Of a stretch of DNA of 29,685 bases, positions 10,331 to 19,596 are shown piece by piece. The stretch covers positions 1 to 29,685 of IMG/VR virus record IMGVR_UViG_3300025645_000320; one strand, written 5' to 3'. Every line of letters begins with the position of its first letter. Position 1 is the first letter of the stretch. The notes under the pieces were generated by a model, which saw only the letters and a program-made list of their open reading frames with translations, did no database searches and was not told the origin of the DNA. The translations under genes and the position numbers were made by a program. Source of the DNA: a virus (Duplodnaviria > Caudoviricetes).

Positions 10331-13300
10331 ATGGCAGAACAAGGACCACAACTTACTGAAGGCATAACAAGCGTTAAACAACAGTTCACAAAAGAACAGT
10401 TTGACGAAGCCTTGCAAAAGTTTGGAGCTAATAACTTAGCTAGAGCCCTGACGCAAAGGGCTTCTTCTTTAATGCCTGACGAATATAAGTTTACGTTTGA
10501 AGACTTTCAAAGCGGTGACGCCCCGATCCTTGATCAAATGCCAATGTTTCGGGAAATGTCTAAAGACGACAGACAACGTTACTTTGGAGACGTAAATTCT
10601 TTTTTCAGTATTTTCTCTAATGTAGAAGATTTTGGCAAATATGATCCGTCAAGGGCATCTAAACCCGGTATGGAAGCCGCTGCCGACAAATTTGCTAGGA
10701 ACATCCCTATCGGAACATTTATGGGCGAGGGGTTGTTGGTCGGATCGCGTCTTGCAAAAGTTGTTGCTGATAAAATACCTGTTCGTGATCCAAGAGCCTT
10801 AGCCTTGAAGCTTGGAATTTACGGCACAGGGGCTACTTTAGGCGCAGTTGGGGGCGCGATGGTGGGCCAAGAGGCTTCTGACTTTATTTTTGGTGAAGAG
10901 CAACCGGTAAGCCCTTCTTTGCGAGCTTACCAAAACTTTGGGGAAACCACAGGACTTACTATTAACCCCAGCTTTTTATCACAAACCCGTCGTTGGACTA
11001 CCGATAAAAACTGGTTGGGAGCCTCTAACTTCTTAGAAAACTTCAAAAAAGTTACACGCGACAGGTGGCCCGGTTATGGCAATGCGTTTGATCTTACAGG
11101 AGGAGCCGCTGGCCTGTCGGCAAGGCAACTAGAAGTTGCGAGAAACGCGCAATCTGGATTACTTATTGATCGTACCAAAGGGCCGACTGGCGTTAGAGTA
11201 TTGTCCGCGTTTGAAAAAGCGCTGCCCGCGGCCCAAGAGTTTGCAGTTAAGAATCCTTACTTTACGCTAGGGTTGGATGTGTTTTCGGGTGTAGGTGCAG
11301 GCACGGGTGCTTTTGTAGCAGAGGAGATGGCCCCCGGATCTAATGGAACGCGGTTGCTTCTGGAATTAATAGGTGGTGGTCTTCCGGGGCCCGCGGTTGA
11401 GCTTTCAACACGCGGGGGAGCCGCAGGCTTTGACAAATTGAAAACCGCCTTTATGCGTTATTATTTGGACAGAGAAGGCGCAATGACGTCTGCCCAAGAA
11501 AAGCTGGCGTCTAACCGTATTTACAGCGCACTAGAGCAGGCTACGGAATCGGACACCAATCAAATAGATTTGTTACTTGGAATAATCGCGGAAGAAGCTG
11601 CGCTTATTGAAGACGGCACTAAGTCCAGCGTCAGTTTGGCCGCGGCGGCTAAAGGGAGCAAACTTGCTCCTGCTTTGGTTCAAATCGATCAGATGCTTTC
11701 AAAAGGTCTTAACGAACTTTCCGTTACCTCAAAAGCGGGCAAAGAGGCTTGGATACAGGGCGCTAAAAACAAAATACTGGAGTTCCAAAACTCCGGTGAT
11801 CCTACGCTTGTGGCAACGGCAAATCTATTACAGAAGGGTTTGTTTGAAGAAGCTTTAGCTGGAGAAATGCAAAGTCGCGTAAACCGCATGTACAGTGCTT
11901 TGAAAGCTGTTGCGGGAGACGATCCTAATAATCTGCAAAAATACCCTGTCGCGGACATGCTGTACCAGCGTCTCTCCACTTTTGTTTCCGATACGAAACA
12001 AATGGAAAGAGACTTCTGGAACAACGTAACTAATTTTGAGTTGACTGAATTTAGAAACGCCAACGGCGAGTTGCAAGATTTACCCAACACTGTTCAGATT
12101 TTTGACACTCCAAAGAGCCAAGGTGGTCTTCAGTTCCCATCTCAGACAGGTCGCGCAACCTTTTTAGCGGCGGCTCCAAAAGGGTTGGCTAAAGACTTAA
12201 CAGAGATTTTTGAATACTTCGGACAAAGCTTTGACGATGTGTTTCCAGAAATTGCCGAAGAAGCTAGTGAGCAAATGTCTGGTCGTTTGCGCACGGCACT
12301 AAGCAGTTTTGAGGAAACTCAGGATGCTTTACGCGGAACAGATAGCTTTAATGTGTTGCAGCGCGACATAGAGCGCGTCAACCAAATGGATAGTGTTGAT
12401 GAGAAGGTCACCTATCTACGCTCGCAGGCTGAAATGCTGAAGTCCAACGCCAGAGATTACGACAATCCGCGCACGGTCCAAAGACTAGGTACGGCCCTTG
12501 ATCGTTTGGCTACCGTGGAGCAAGCACGGGCTCAACAAGAGGCCACTGATTTAGCTCAGAGCGTTGTGCCCGGAGAAGAAGCTCCAAACCCAATGACCTC
12601 AGAGCGGTTGATTGAAATACGGTCAAAACTTTTAGAAGCGGCGGGTAATTTAAGAAGCGGGACCAACAAGCGCGGTAATAGCGATACCGCGGAGAAGCTG
12701 GACCGCCTTGCTAACGCGGTTCTTGACGACGTTCTTAGCGCAGACACGGACGCTGCGGATTACAATGCCGCTCGCGCCTTCACGTTAGCACGGCGTGATT
12801 TGACACAGAGAACCTTTTTGGGGGATCTTGGTAATGCAGACCCGCTTGGCAGACCGCGGGTCACGCCTGAAGGCATGTTGGATTATATGTTTAAGGGTGG
12901 AAATGATTCCGTTCTGCGTCGGTTTAATGAGCTTGAAACTGTAAATCAGTTTATTAGAACTCAGATGGGACTGCCTGAAAGCGACGCTGCGGAGTATGCG
13001 GGAGACGTTGCTAACGCTTACGAAAACGCTTTTCGGTACACTGCTTCTAAAATTATGGTGGATCGCCCTGATCCAAACGATCCAAATCAAACCATTAAGA
13101 TGGTTGATCCTAAACGTCTAAGAGATTTTAAAGCGGATCCAGCAAATCAACAGATTTTAGCAACGATGCCTAACTTGGCTAAAGATCTTAAAAGTGCCAG
13201 CAAAGCACAGATGTTGTTTTCCAGCATAGATCCGGATAAATTTTTTAAACAAAACCCTGAAATGAAAGCTTTTGAGTTAGCGGCTAATCTTGGAACAGAA

Positions 13301-14500
13301 AAACCGGGTAAAGCGGTTGCTAAAATAATGGGGCAGGACAATCCGTTTAGGGATCTTAACTTCATGTTAAATGGGGTTCGTAATGAACAGAAAGCCCGCA
13401 TTTTGCAAAACGGAGAGGTAAAGGTAACCACTAAGCCCCGCAAGAATATCTTTTCAGAGGATGGTACAAAGTTCACTGTTGGCGACGCTGAACAGGGTAT
13501 GAGGTCCGCTATAATGAACTATGCCATCATGCGCGGCGGCGGAGATGGACTTAGCATCAATCCCAAAAACATCTTTGATACGTTGTTTACGAAACCTCCG
13601 GGGATCAAAGACGCTGACAATACGCTGATGAATTGGATGAGAAAAAATGACCTCGTGACTGAGGATGAAGTTACCATCATACGGCAATCTTTGCGTGAGA
13701 TGATTAACGTTGAAGAAGCCTTTCAACAGGGCAACCTTGAGAACGTTTTGTTTAAGAACCCAACGCAGTCAAAGCGCACGGGTATTCGTATCTTAGGTGC
13801 TACGCTTGGTCAAAAGTCTCAAGAATCCCTTAACAACATGCTCAGTAAGATTGGTTTAGGTACTACGGGTGGTGGTATTGGCGGCGGCATGATTGCGGCA
13901 GAAGAAGGCTCGCAAGCCTTGCAAAACATCTTGCTGGTTGCACCAGAAACCGCCATTGTTAAAACAATGCAGAAAATGATGGAAGACCCCAAAAAGTTTT
14001 CTGAAATGCTGCTTGATATTCGTAATGCAAAGCAAGACGCTGCAAGCACAGAGCGTCTGAACAATTTGATGGCTGAGTTCGGAGTCAACCAATTAGCTAA
14101 ACGTGATGCCGTAATTCTACGATCCCTTCTGCTAGAAGAAGAGGAGTTTGAGCCCGAAGCGTTACCAGAAGCCGTACCTTCCCAAGAGGAAACAACTCCA
14201 CAAGATCAAAGAAACCTGCGCGGACGCAACAGACCACGTGATGACAGAAAGCCAATGCAGCTTAGTCCACAACCTTCCGCAGCTTCTCAAGGACGTAATG
14301 TCCCACGCTCGCAGCCTGTAGGTACTCCCACCACTCAGGCGGCTCTCCCCGCCCCATCAGTTAGCTCCAGTGGGGCGGGGACGAATCCACAGGTGCGTCA
14401 AACATATGCCGCACTGTTCCCTAATGACCCCATATCGGGTATGTTGGTTCAACAACCACGGACCTTCCGCCGTGGCGGTATTGCTAGTTTAATGGAGTAA
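10331..14500 (+). CDS. Large internal virion / ejection protein (putative)
   Basis: 1389 aa, helical, Gly-rich hydrophobic segments near the N-terminus, P/Q-rich tail ending YAALFPNDPI...FRRGGIASLME. Confidence 0.6.
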   Translation: MAEQGPQLTEGITSVKQQFTKEQFDEALQKFGANNLARALTQRASSLMPDEYKFTFEDFQSGDAPILDQMPMFREMSKDDRQRYFGDVNSFFSIFSNVEDFGKYDPSRASKPGMEAAADKFARNIPIGTFMGEGLLVGSRLAKVVADKIPVRDPRALALKLGIYGTGATLGAVGGAMVGQEASDFIFGEEQPVSPSLRAYQNFGETTGLTINPSFLSQTRRWTTDKNWLGASNFLENFKKVTRDRWPGYGNAFDLTGGAAGLSARQLEVARNAQSGLLIDRTKGPTGVRVLSAFEKALPAAQEFAVKNPYFTLGLDVFSGVGAGTGAFVAEEMAPGSNGTRLLLELIGGGLPGPAVELSTRGGAAGFDKLKTAFMRYYLDREGAMTSAQEKLASNRIYSALEQATESDTNQIDLLLGIIAEEAALIEDGTKSSVSLAAAAKGSKLAPALVQIDQMLSKGLNELSVTSKAGKEAWIQGAKNKILEFQNSGDPTLVATANLLQKGLFEEALAGEMQSRVNRMYSALKAVAGDDPNNLQKYPVADMLYQRLSTFVSDTKQMERDFWNNVTNFELTEFRNANGELQDLPNTVQIFDTPKSQGGLQFPSQTGRATFLAAAPKGLAKDLTEIFEYFGQSFDDVFPEIAEEASEQMSGRLRTALSSFEETQDALRGTDSFNVLQRDIERVNQMDSVDEKVTYLRSQAEMLKSNARDYDNPRTVQRLGTALDRLATVEQARAQQEATDLAQSVVPGEEAPNPMTSERLIEIRSKLLEAAGNLRSGTNKRGNSDTAEKLDRLANAVLDDVLSADTDAADYNAARAFTLARRDLTQRTFLGDLGNADPLGRPRVTPEGMLDYMFKGGNDSVLRRFNELETVNQFIRTQMGLPESDAAEYAGDVANAYENAFRYTASKIMVDRPDPNDPNQTIKMVDPKRLRDFKADPANQQILATMPNLAKDLKSASKAQMLFSSIDPDKFFKQNPEMKAFELAANLGTEKPGKAVAKIMGQDNPFRDLNFMLNGVRNEQKARILQNGEVKVTTKPRKNIFSEDGTKFTVGDAEQGMRSAIMNYAIMRGGGDGLSINPKNIFDTLFTKPPGIKDADNTLMNWMRKNDLVTEDEVTIIRQSLREMINVEEAFQQGNLENVLFKNPTQSKRTGIRILGATLGQKSQESLNNMLSKIGLGTTGGGIGGGMIAAEEGSQALQNILLVAPETAIVKTMQKMMEDPKKFSEMLLDIRNAKQDAASTERLNNLMAEFGVNQLAKRDAVILRSLLLEEEEFEPEALPEAVPSQEETTPQDQRNLRGRNRPRDDRKPMQLSPQPSAASQGRNVPRSQPVGTPTTQAALPAPSVSSSGAGTNPQVRQTYAALFPNDPISGMLVQQPRTFRRGGIASLME

Positions 14501-14503
14501 ACT

Positions 14504-15865
14504 ATGGCTACGTTTAGTAATAAAGATTATTCTGGTCCTTTTTCAAGCAAGTACGAAGAAGATGAAGCGCTTTCAGGAAACCGTGGTAACCAAGCGAGGC
14601 ACATGGCGACACAAGCCCGTCACAGTCAGGGCCTTACGGGCAGCGGACGGATTGACACTTCCGCCTTTGGCAGGAATCGCGATGTTTTTGGAAATGATCA
14701 ATATGAAAAGGCTACGGATAATCCTCTTAATTCTTTAATTCGCTTTGCCAATAGACCGCAAACCAATTTTTCGCAGTCTAGTGGCGCACAAATGGCTACA
14801 AATCAATTTCGCCCAGAAATGTTGGAAGAACAAGCCCCCGCAAACCCTACACAAAGCGGCCTTGGAAGTTTTTTAAATCGGTTTGGACAAGATGTCCAAA
14901 TGGGCCTGTCTAACATATTGTCAGGCGGAGCTTTTCAAAATGACCCCAATGAACAAATTAATCGTTTAGTAGAAAGAGGGTATTCCCTCAGTGACGCGGC
15001 TGATTTTGTAAACAGTACGCAGAGAACGATGGAGCAGAATAATATTCAAAGAGCATTGTACGGGGATACTTCTGATCCATCATCCAGCGTTCTGAGTGGG
15101 GACGAGGGAACTGGCTTAGGAGACATTGTGATGGACGGAACAGGTGACGGGGGAACAGGTGACGAGGGAACAGGCGTACCTAGCAGCACAGACTTTCGAT
15201 TTTTTGGAGGTTATAATCCCGTCTCGCGCTCCGACGTTCTTGTGCCGTCTACGTTTCGGCAGGACATAAGGAGGCCTGATGCACGTTTAGACCCGGTTTT
15301 TCCGCAACGCCCTGACGGTGGTGATTATAGACCATTGCCCATAGATAGAACAGACCCCATTTTTAGAGAACAGCCTAGTGATCAAGGCTTTGATTTTGGT
15401 GCTCCTGCAAATGTGGGTGACACGTATTTTGATCCTGAATTAAATACGACGTATGAGTATACGGAAAAGCCTAATGGCAGAGGCGGAACGTATCAAGGCT
15501 GGGATATTGTGTCGGGCACGGGTGGAACTGTGGGTTTGTTTGGAGCGCAGCCTGAAAACAAGATTTCTGCGGGTATAATGGCCGATCCACAGATGCCGGG
15601 TCCGGGTCAGTTTAGCACGATGCAAGAGTTGATGGATTATCAACAACAATTTCCGTCGCTAAACTTGATGGGCGAATACAAACGCTTAAGGAACGATCCT
15701 AATTATCGGGGTGACGGAACAAATTTTGGCATGATTGAAAATAATTCTTATCGTCCATCTGGAAATCCTTTAATAAACAGGGACATGTTTGCTCAAGGCG
15801 GAGTAGACCGCCTGTTTGGTAACGAGCAAGCGCCGCCGTACATGTACCAAGGTATTATGAGCTAA
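14504..15865 (+). CDS. Hypothetical low-complexity protein (probable internal virion protein)
   Basis: 453 aa, GGAG RBS, G/D/P/Q-rich; carries the GLGSF and FAQGG motifs shared with neighbouring proteins. Confidence 0.6.
   Translation: MATFSNKDYSGPFSSKYEEDEALSGNRGNQARHMATQARHSQGLTGSGRIDTSAFGRNRDVFGNDQYEKATDNPLNSLIRFANRPQTNFSQSSGAQMATNQFRPEMLEEQAPANPTQSGLGSFLNRFGQDVQMGLSNILSGGAFQNDPNEQINRLVERGYSLSDAADFVNSTQRTMEQNNIQRALYGDTSDPSSSVLSGDEGTGLGDIVMDGTGDGGTGDEGTGVPSSTDFRFFGGYNPVSRSDVLVPSTFRQDIRRPDARLDPVFPQRPDGGDYRPLPIDRTDPIFREQPSDQGFDFGAPANVGDTYFDPELNTTYEYTEKPNGRGGTYQGWDIVSGTGGTVGLFGAQPENKISAGIMADPQMPGPGQFSTMQELMDYQQQFPSLNLMGEYKRLRNDPNYRGDGTNFGMIENNSYRPSGNPLINRDMFAQGGVDRLFGNEQAPPYMYQGIMS
15137..15174 (+). 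repeat. 15-bp tandem repeat (2.5 copies) encoding GTGD(G/E)
   Basis: GGAACAGGTGACGGG GGAACAGGTGACGAG GGAACAGG. Confidence 0.8.
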
Positions 15866-18800
15866 TGGCTGACGTTCCCGCACCAGTAGAAACCAACCGC
15901 GGCCCACGGGTCCGGACAAATTCCAAGGGCCTTGGTTCGTTTATTCCGCCAGAGCTTAAAGAAACAGGTCGGCAGGCTTTAAACCTTGCTTCTGCTATAG
16001 ATCCTGTCCAAGGTATTCTGCGGGGTATGAGTGCTAGTGGACGCGCCGCAGATACAGATCTAAGTCCGGAAGAACGCAGAGCCGCCTTAATAGAAGCGGG
16101 TATTGAAACCGCGGCTCCTTTGGCCATGATGGGTTTAGGCTCGTTAGCCAAGCAACCCGTAAAAGCTACTGTTTTGGATATTCTTACTCCAACGGGTGCG
16201 CCGCAAGCTGTGGTAGACGATGTTTCAGATCCTAGCCGCCGTGCGTTTATGAAAGGCGCGGTAGCTACGGGAGGCATTGCAGCCATTGCTCCAGACGTAA
16301 TCACAGAAGCTTTGGAGAGAGTTCCTGCGGCGGTTAAAAAGCTTAAACCTATTCCGAATCCTATTGATATTTTTACCCAAAACATGAAGATTTTGCGCCG
16401 TGAGATGGAAGAGGCCTACGACGCTGCGGACGATATGCCGTATGGTTCTACCATGAGCCGCGACTACGACGAAGCATCCGCAGAAGCCTACAACGAAGCT
16501 ATACAGAATGCTGAGAAACTTGCATATGATTTAGACGCAACTACAGAAATGGATTTGCGCGAGCTTATTTCTGATATTGGGCCCAAACAAATTGCTGAAG
16601 CCGCGGATGAGTCGTTAGAAGAAATATCTCAGGCTTTGACTGACTTTAGAATGGTCAGTGAGGATGAGTACATTGAACAGATGATCCCGCTCGCAGAAGA
16701 AATACAACGCCGCGGTTTGTTAGAGGTTAAAGACAACGGCATATTCCAATATCCGTATGCTCGTACCGTCGTAGAAGACGTCGAAGATTACCGTGTTGGT
16801 GAAAACAGAGCTAGGAATAACTCCGCGATTATTGACAGGCCGCGGGATCTTCAAATGACGGAAGGCGACAAATATGTAACTTCTAATCAACAACCATTAA
16901 AACAGGAACAATTAAGAAACATAATAATTAAAGGCGAGGCCGACGGCGAAAGTGTCGAGGCGATAAACAAAAAGGTGGTGGACGCTGCAACGCGCTTGAA
17001 AGTTCCTTACCCACAAAGAGCCTTTGAGAACCCAAAGGTAGAGTATGTTAATACCCAGACTATTGCGGACAACGTAGCTCAATTTAACTTTCCGCGTTAT
17101 GACGTTGGTAAGTTTGGTGGGGATTTTGAAAGCGGTGACATGGCGAACATGCCGGGGGTGCTGGAGAAATTTCAGGCTTCCGGAAAAGAAACGCTTAAAG
17201 AGAATATTTTTAACGAGGGCATCAAAAAACCAATTGAGATTGAAGTCGTTATGTCAAACGGTGGTATTAATATTGGTCAAGGACACCATCGTTTGCAAGC
17301 TGCACTAGAGCTTGGGATTCCAGAAATACCCGTAATTGTGACCACAAAAGCTAACCCTCGCGCAAAAGGTATGGAAGTTATGCGGTCTGCAACTTTGGAC
17401 ACTTCTGGTTTAAAAACGGGGCAAACCTATTCTTTTTCTGAGCTTGGCTTGAAACAACGTTTAAAAACACCAAAAGAAACACCGGAAGAAATTCAAGCCC
17501 GTGGTGGCACGGTATTTAGCGATTTCAACACTGGCGATGTTTCTGACAGAAAGTTTCCTCAATATGAAACACCCATGCGCGAAGGCTTCTTTCGGGTCAT
17601 AGATGAAAAAGCCGACGGCGGCGAGATGCGCAAGGGCGTTGGTTCGTTGAGCGAGACTGCCCGTCGTATGAACGAGGGCGGGGAGGCTAAAATAGATACA
17701 AGAAGCGGACAAGAAGTAAGGCAATCTATTAGAGACGCTTTAAAAAATCTCAATGATACAGAAATTCAAGACCAGTGGGGGAAATCTCGTAAAGAGTTAA
17801 AGACGGCGTTAGACATGCTGATTTTACAAGAGTACCACGGTGAATATGAACCTCCCGTAACTCAAGGAGTAGGATCACTTAGTGAAACGGCCCGTCGTAT
17901 GAACGAGGGCGGCGAGGCTAATATAAACTATTCTTTAGGGGATATTGAGTACCGCGTTGATTTAGAGCCGCACATGGACCCGTTGGCGGAGATGGGTTTC
18001 GACGTTAATAAAATTGATTACGACATGATGTATGATCGCTCAAATGATAGGTCGCAGGGTTCTCATTTTAACCCTAACAATGATAGGATACTAATTAGTC
18101 CGGAAGATTATTCTTCAAAAGGAGTTGCGGCCCATGAAATGCGGCATCGTGGTTTAGAAAGGCTTTTTCGTATTGTAGAACAGGGGTATCCTACCGCGAA
18201 AAAGTTAGGCTTATCTAAAGAAGATTATTTAAAAATTCTTAGACTGTATAAGTTAGAGCAACAGCAAGACCGTCAGCGTCGTGTAAACGATCCTGATTTT
18301 GACTATTCCGATTACGCGCATGAGAAAATTGCGGAGGGTTTTGAAAAGGATGAAACAATCATCCGTGGTGCGAAGTATTTTTTAAACAATCCTAATGCGC
18401 CTGTTTTTACTTTTGACCGCAAAGAGCGTCGTCCAACAACGCCCGCGGAACGTTTGGCTTTAATGCAGGATTTAGTGCGAGAAAACGCCATGTCTGGGGG
18501 ACAAGCTTTTGGTCCGGATTTAGCAATTCAGAAATCAATTACTTCGCCAACTTCTATGGAAGCTTTTAGGGAAACAGGGGGCCGTGCGGAAATAGATCGA
18601 TATTTAGACGAAGGTCCGCAAAACACACCTGAAAACATTGTTGAATTTGCCGAGCAGGCTTTGGCGGCACAAAGGTATGCTGACATAATCAACGAAAGAA
18701 ATAAAACTATTATGCGAAATTCTTCCGAATATGCGATGGGCGGCGAGGTATCCGGCCCGCCTCCGGATCGCGGTCCAACGCCACAGGGAATAGGATCACT

Positions 18801-19596
18801 TAGTGAAACAGCCCGTCGTATGAACGAGGGCGGGCCGTCCTCTATTGATGATGAAATAAACGCAATCGTGCCCTCTGTAATAATGGCAGAAAGCAGTAAC
18901 GATCCAAAGGCAGTCAGTGAAGACGGAGCCATTGGGTTGATGCAGGTTTTGCCGTCCACGGCCATGAAACCGGGTTACGGGCTTCCAACCATCTTTGAGC
19001 TTGCTCGCGAACAAGGCTTTGTCGTAGACGAAGAAACCCCTGAGACAGCAACACAACTATTGTTCATGCCCGATCTAAACGTAGAGTTTGGCTCGCGGTA
19101 TCTTAAAGCCATGCGCAACGAATACGATACGATGGAAGATGCGCTCCGCGCCTACAACGCTGGGCCCGGAAACTTTAACGATTACTTGGCTAAGGGTCGT
19201 GACTTGAGCGCATTGGACGATGAGGCCGTACAGTATCCGTTGCGGGTCGCCGCGGCAGGACAGGGAATAAACCCCAACGAGCCTGCGCAATACGAAGCGT
19301 TTACAGACTCTCCCGAAGCGTTTTCTACCTTTATGAACATGGCTTCAGAAGAGCGTCCGCCTGCTCCGCGCCCTCGTGCTAGACCTTCTGTCACGTATGA
19401 CGGCCCACGGCCCATGCAGCGTCCAACGTTACCGCAGGAAATAATTGGGCAACCGCTTGCAGACTTAGCCCCGCCTCAAAACCTGCAACAAAAATATTCT
19501 CTGGAAGGGATTGAACAGATGCTTACTGGAACCAACTCCGAGCTTCTTCTCCCAAGACAGTTTCAGCAAGGTTCACCTTATTCTTCAATGCGGTAA
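15865..19596 (+). CDS. Multi-domain (polyvalent-type) virion protein: ParB/Srx-like domain, HExxH zincin-like motif and C-terminal lytic transglycosylase (SLT) domain
   Basis: ParB-like LKENIFNEGIKKPIEI...IGQGHHRLQAALELGIPEIPV (17188-17340); AAHEMRH (HExxH at 18133-18147); SLT motifs IMAESS..P.AVS..GAIGLMQV, NVEFGSRYL, ALRAYNAGPG (about 18880-19170). Confidence 0.8.
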   Translation: MADVPAPVETNRGPRVRTNSKGLGSFIPPELKETGRQALNLASAIDPVQGILRGMSASGRAADTDLSPEERRAALIEAGIETAAPLAMMGLGSLAKQPVKATVLDILTPTGAPQAVVDDVSDPSRRAFMKGAVATGGIAAIAPDVITEALERVPAAVKKLKPIPNPIDIFTQNMKILRREMEEAYDAADDMPYGSTMSRDYDEASAEAYNEAIQNAEKLAYDLDATTEMDLRELISDIGPKQIAEAADESLEEISQALTDFRMVSEDEYIEQMIPLAEEIQRRGLLEVKDNGIFQYPYARTVVEDVEDYRVGENRARNNSAIIDRPRDLQMTEGDKYVTSNQQPLKQEQLRNIIIKGEADGESVEAINKKVVDAATRLKVPYPQRAFENPKVEYVNTQTIADNVAQFNFPRYDVGKFGGDFESGDMANMPGVLEKFQASGKETLKENIFNEGIKKPIEIEVVMSNGGINIGQGHHRLQAALELGIPEIPVIVTTKANPRAKGMEVMRSATLDTSGLKTGQTYSFSELGLKQRLKTPKETPEEIQARGGTVFSDFNTGDVSDRKFPQYETPMREGFFRVIDEKADGGEMRKGVGSLSETARRMNEGGEAKIDTRSGQEVRQSIRDALKNLNDTEIQDQWGKSRKELKTALDMLILQEYHGEYEPPVTQGVGSLSETARRMNEGGEANINYSLGDIEYRVDLEPHMDPLAEMGFDVNKIDYDMMYDRSNDRSQGSHFNPNNDRILISPEDYSSKGVAAHEMRHRGLERLFRIVEQGYPTAKKLGLSKEDYLKILRLYKLEQQQDRQRRVNDPDFDYSDYAHEKIAEGFEKDETIIRGAKYFLNNPNAPVFTFDRKERRPTTPAERLALMQDLVRENAMSGGQAFGPDLAIQKSITSPTSMEAFRETGGRAEIDRYLDEGPQNTPENIVEFAEQALAAQRYADIINERNKTIMRNSSEYAMGGEVSGPPPDRGPTPQGIGSLSETARRMNEGGPSSIDDEINAIVPSVIMAESSNDPKAVSEDGAIGLMQVLPSTAMKPGYGLPTIFELAREQGFVVDEETPETATQLLFMPDLNVEFGSRYLKAMRNEYDTMEDALRAYNAGPGNFNDYLAKGRDLSALDDEAVQYPLRVAAAGQGINPNEPAQYEAFTDSPEAFSTFMNMASEERPPAPRPRARPSVTYDGPRPMQRPTLPQEIIGQPLADLAPPQNLQQKYSLEGIEQMLTGTNSELLLPRQFQQGSPYSSMR
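17635..17690 (+). repeat. Intragenic dispersed repeat copy 1 (GVGSLSETARRMNEGG)
   Basis: Shares GCCCGTCGTATGAACGAGGGCGG with copies 2 and 3. Confidence 0.9.
17863..17921 (+). repeat. Intragenic dispersed repeat copy 2 (QGVGSLSETARRMNEGG)
   Basis: TAGGATCACTTAGTGAAACGGCCCGTCGTATGAACGAGGGCGG. Confidence 0.9.
18784..18833 (+). repeat. Intragenic dispersed repeat copy 3 (QGIGSLSETARRMNEGG)
   Basis: TAGGATCACTTAGTGAAACAGCCCGTCGTATGAACGAGGGCGG; one mismatch to copy 2 over this stretch. Confidence 0.9.

Noticed and set aside
16258-16280. Self-target of array unit 1 (VATG in the 1243-aa protein matches GTn GCn ACn GGn)
   Set aside because: The match stops after four dinucleotides (the next codon is GGC, not TTn), which is expected by chance.
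17635-18833. Diversity-generating retroelement template/variable repeat pair or intein boundaries
   Set aside because: No reverse transcriptase gene in the window, the differences between repeats are not adenine-specific, and there are no intein C/S...HN splice motifs.
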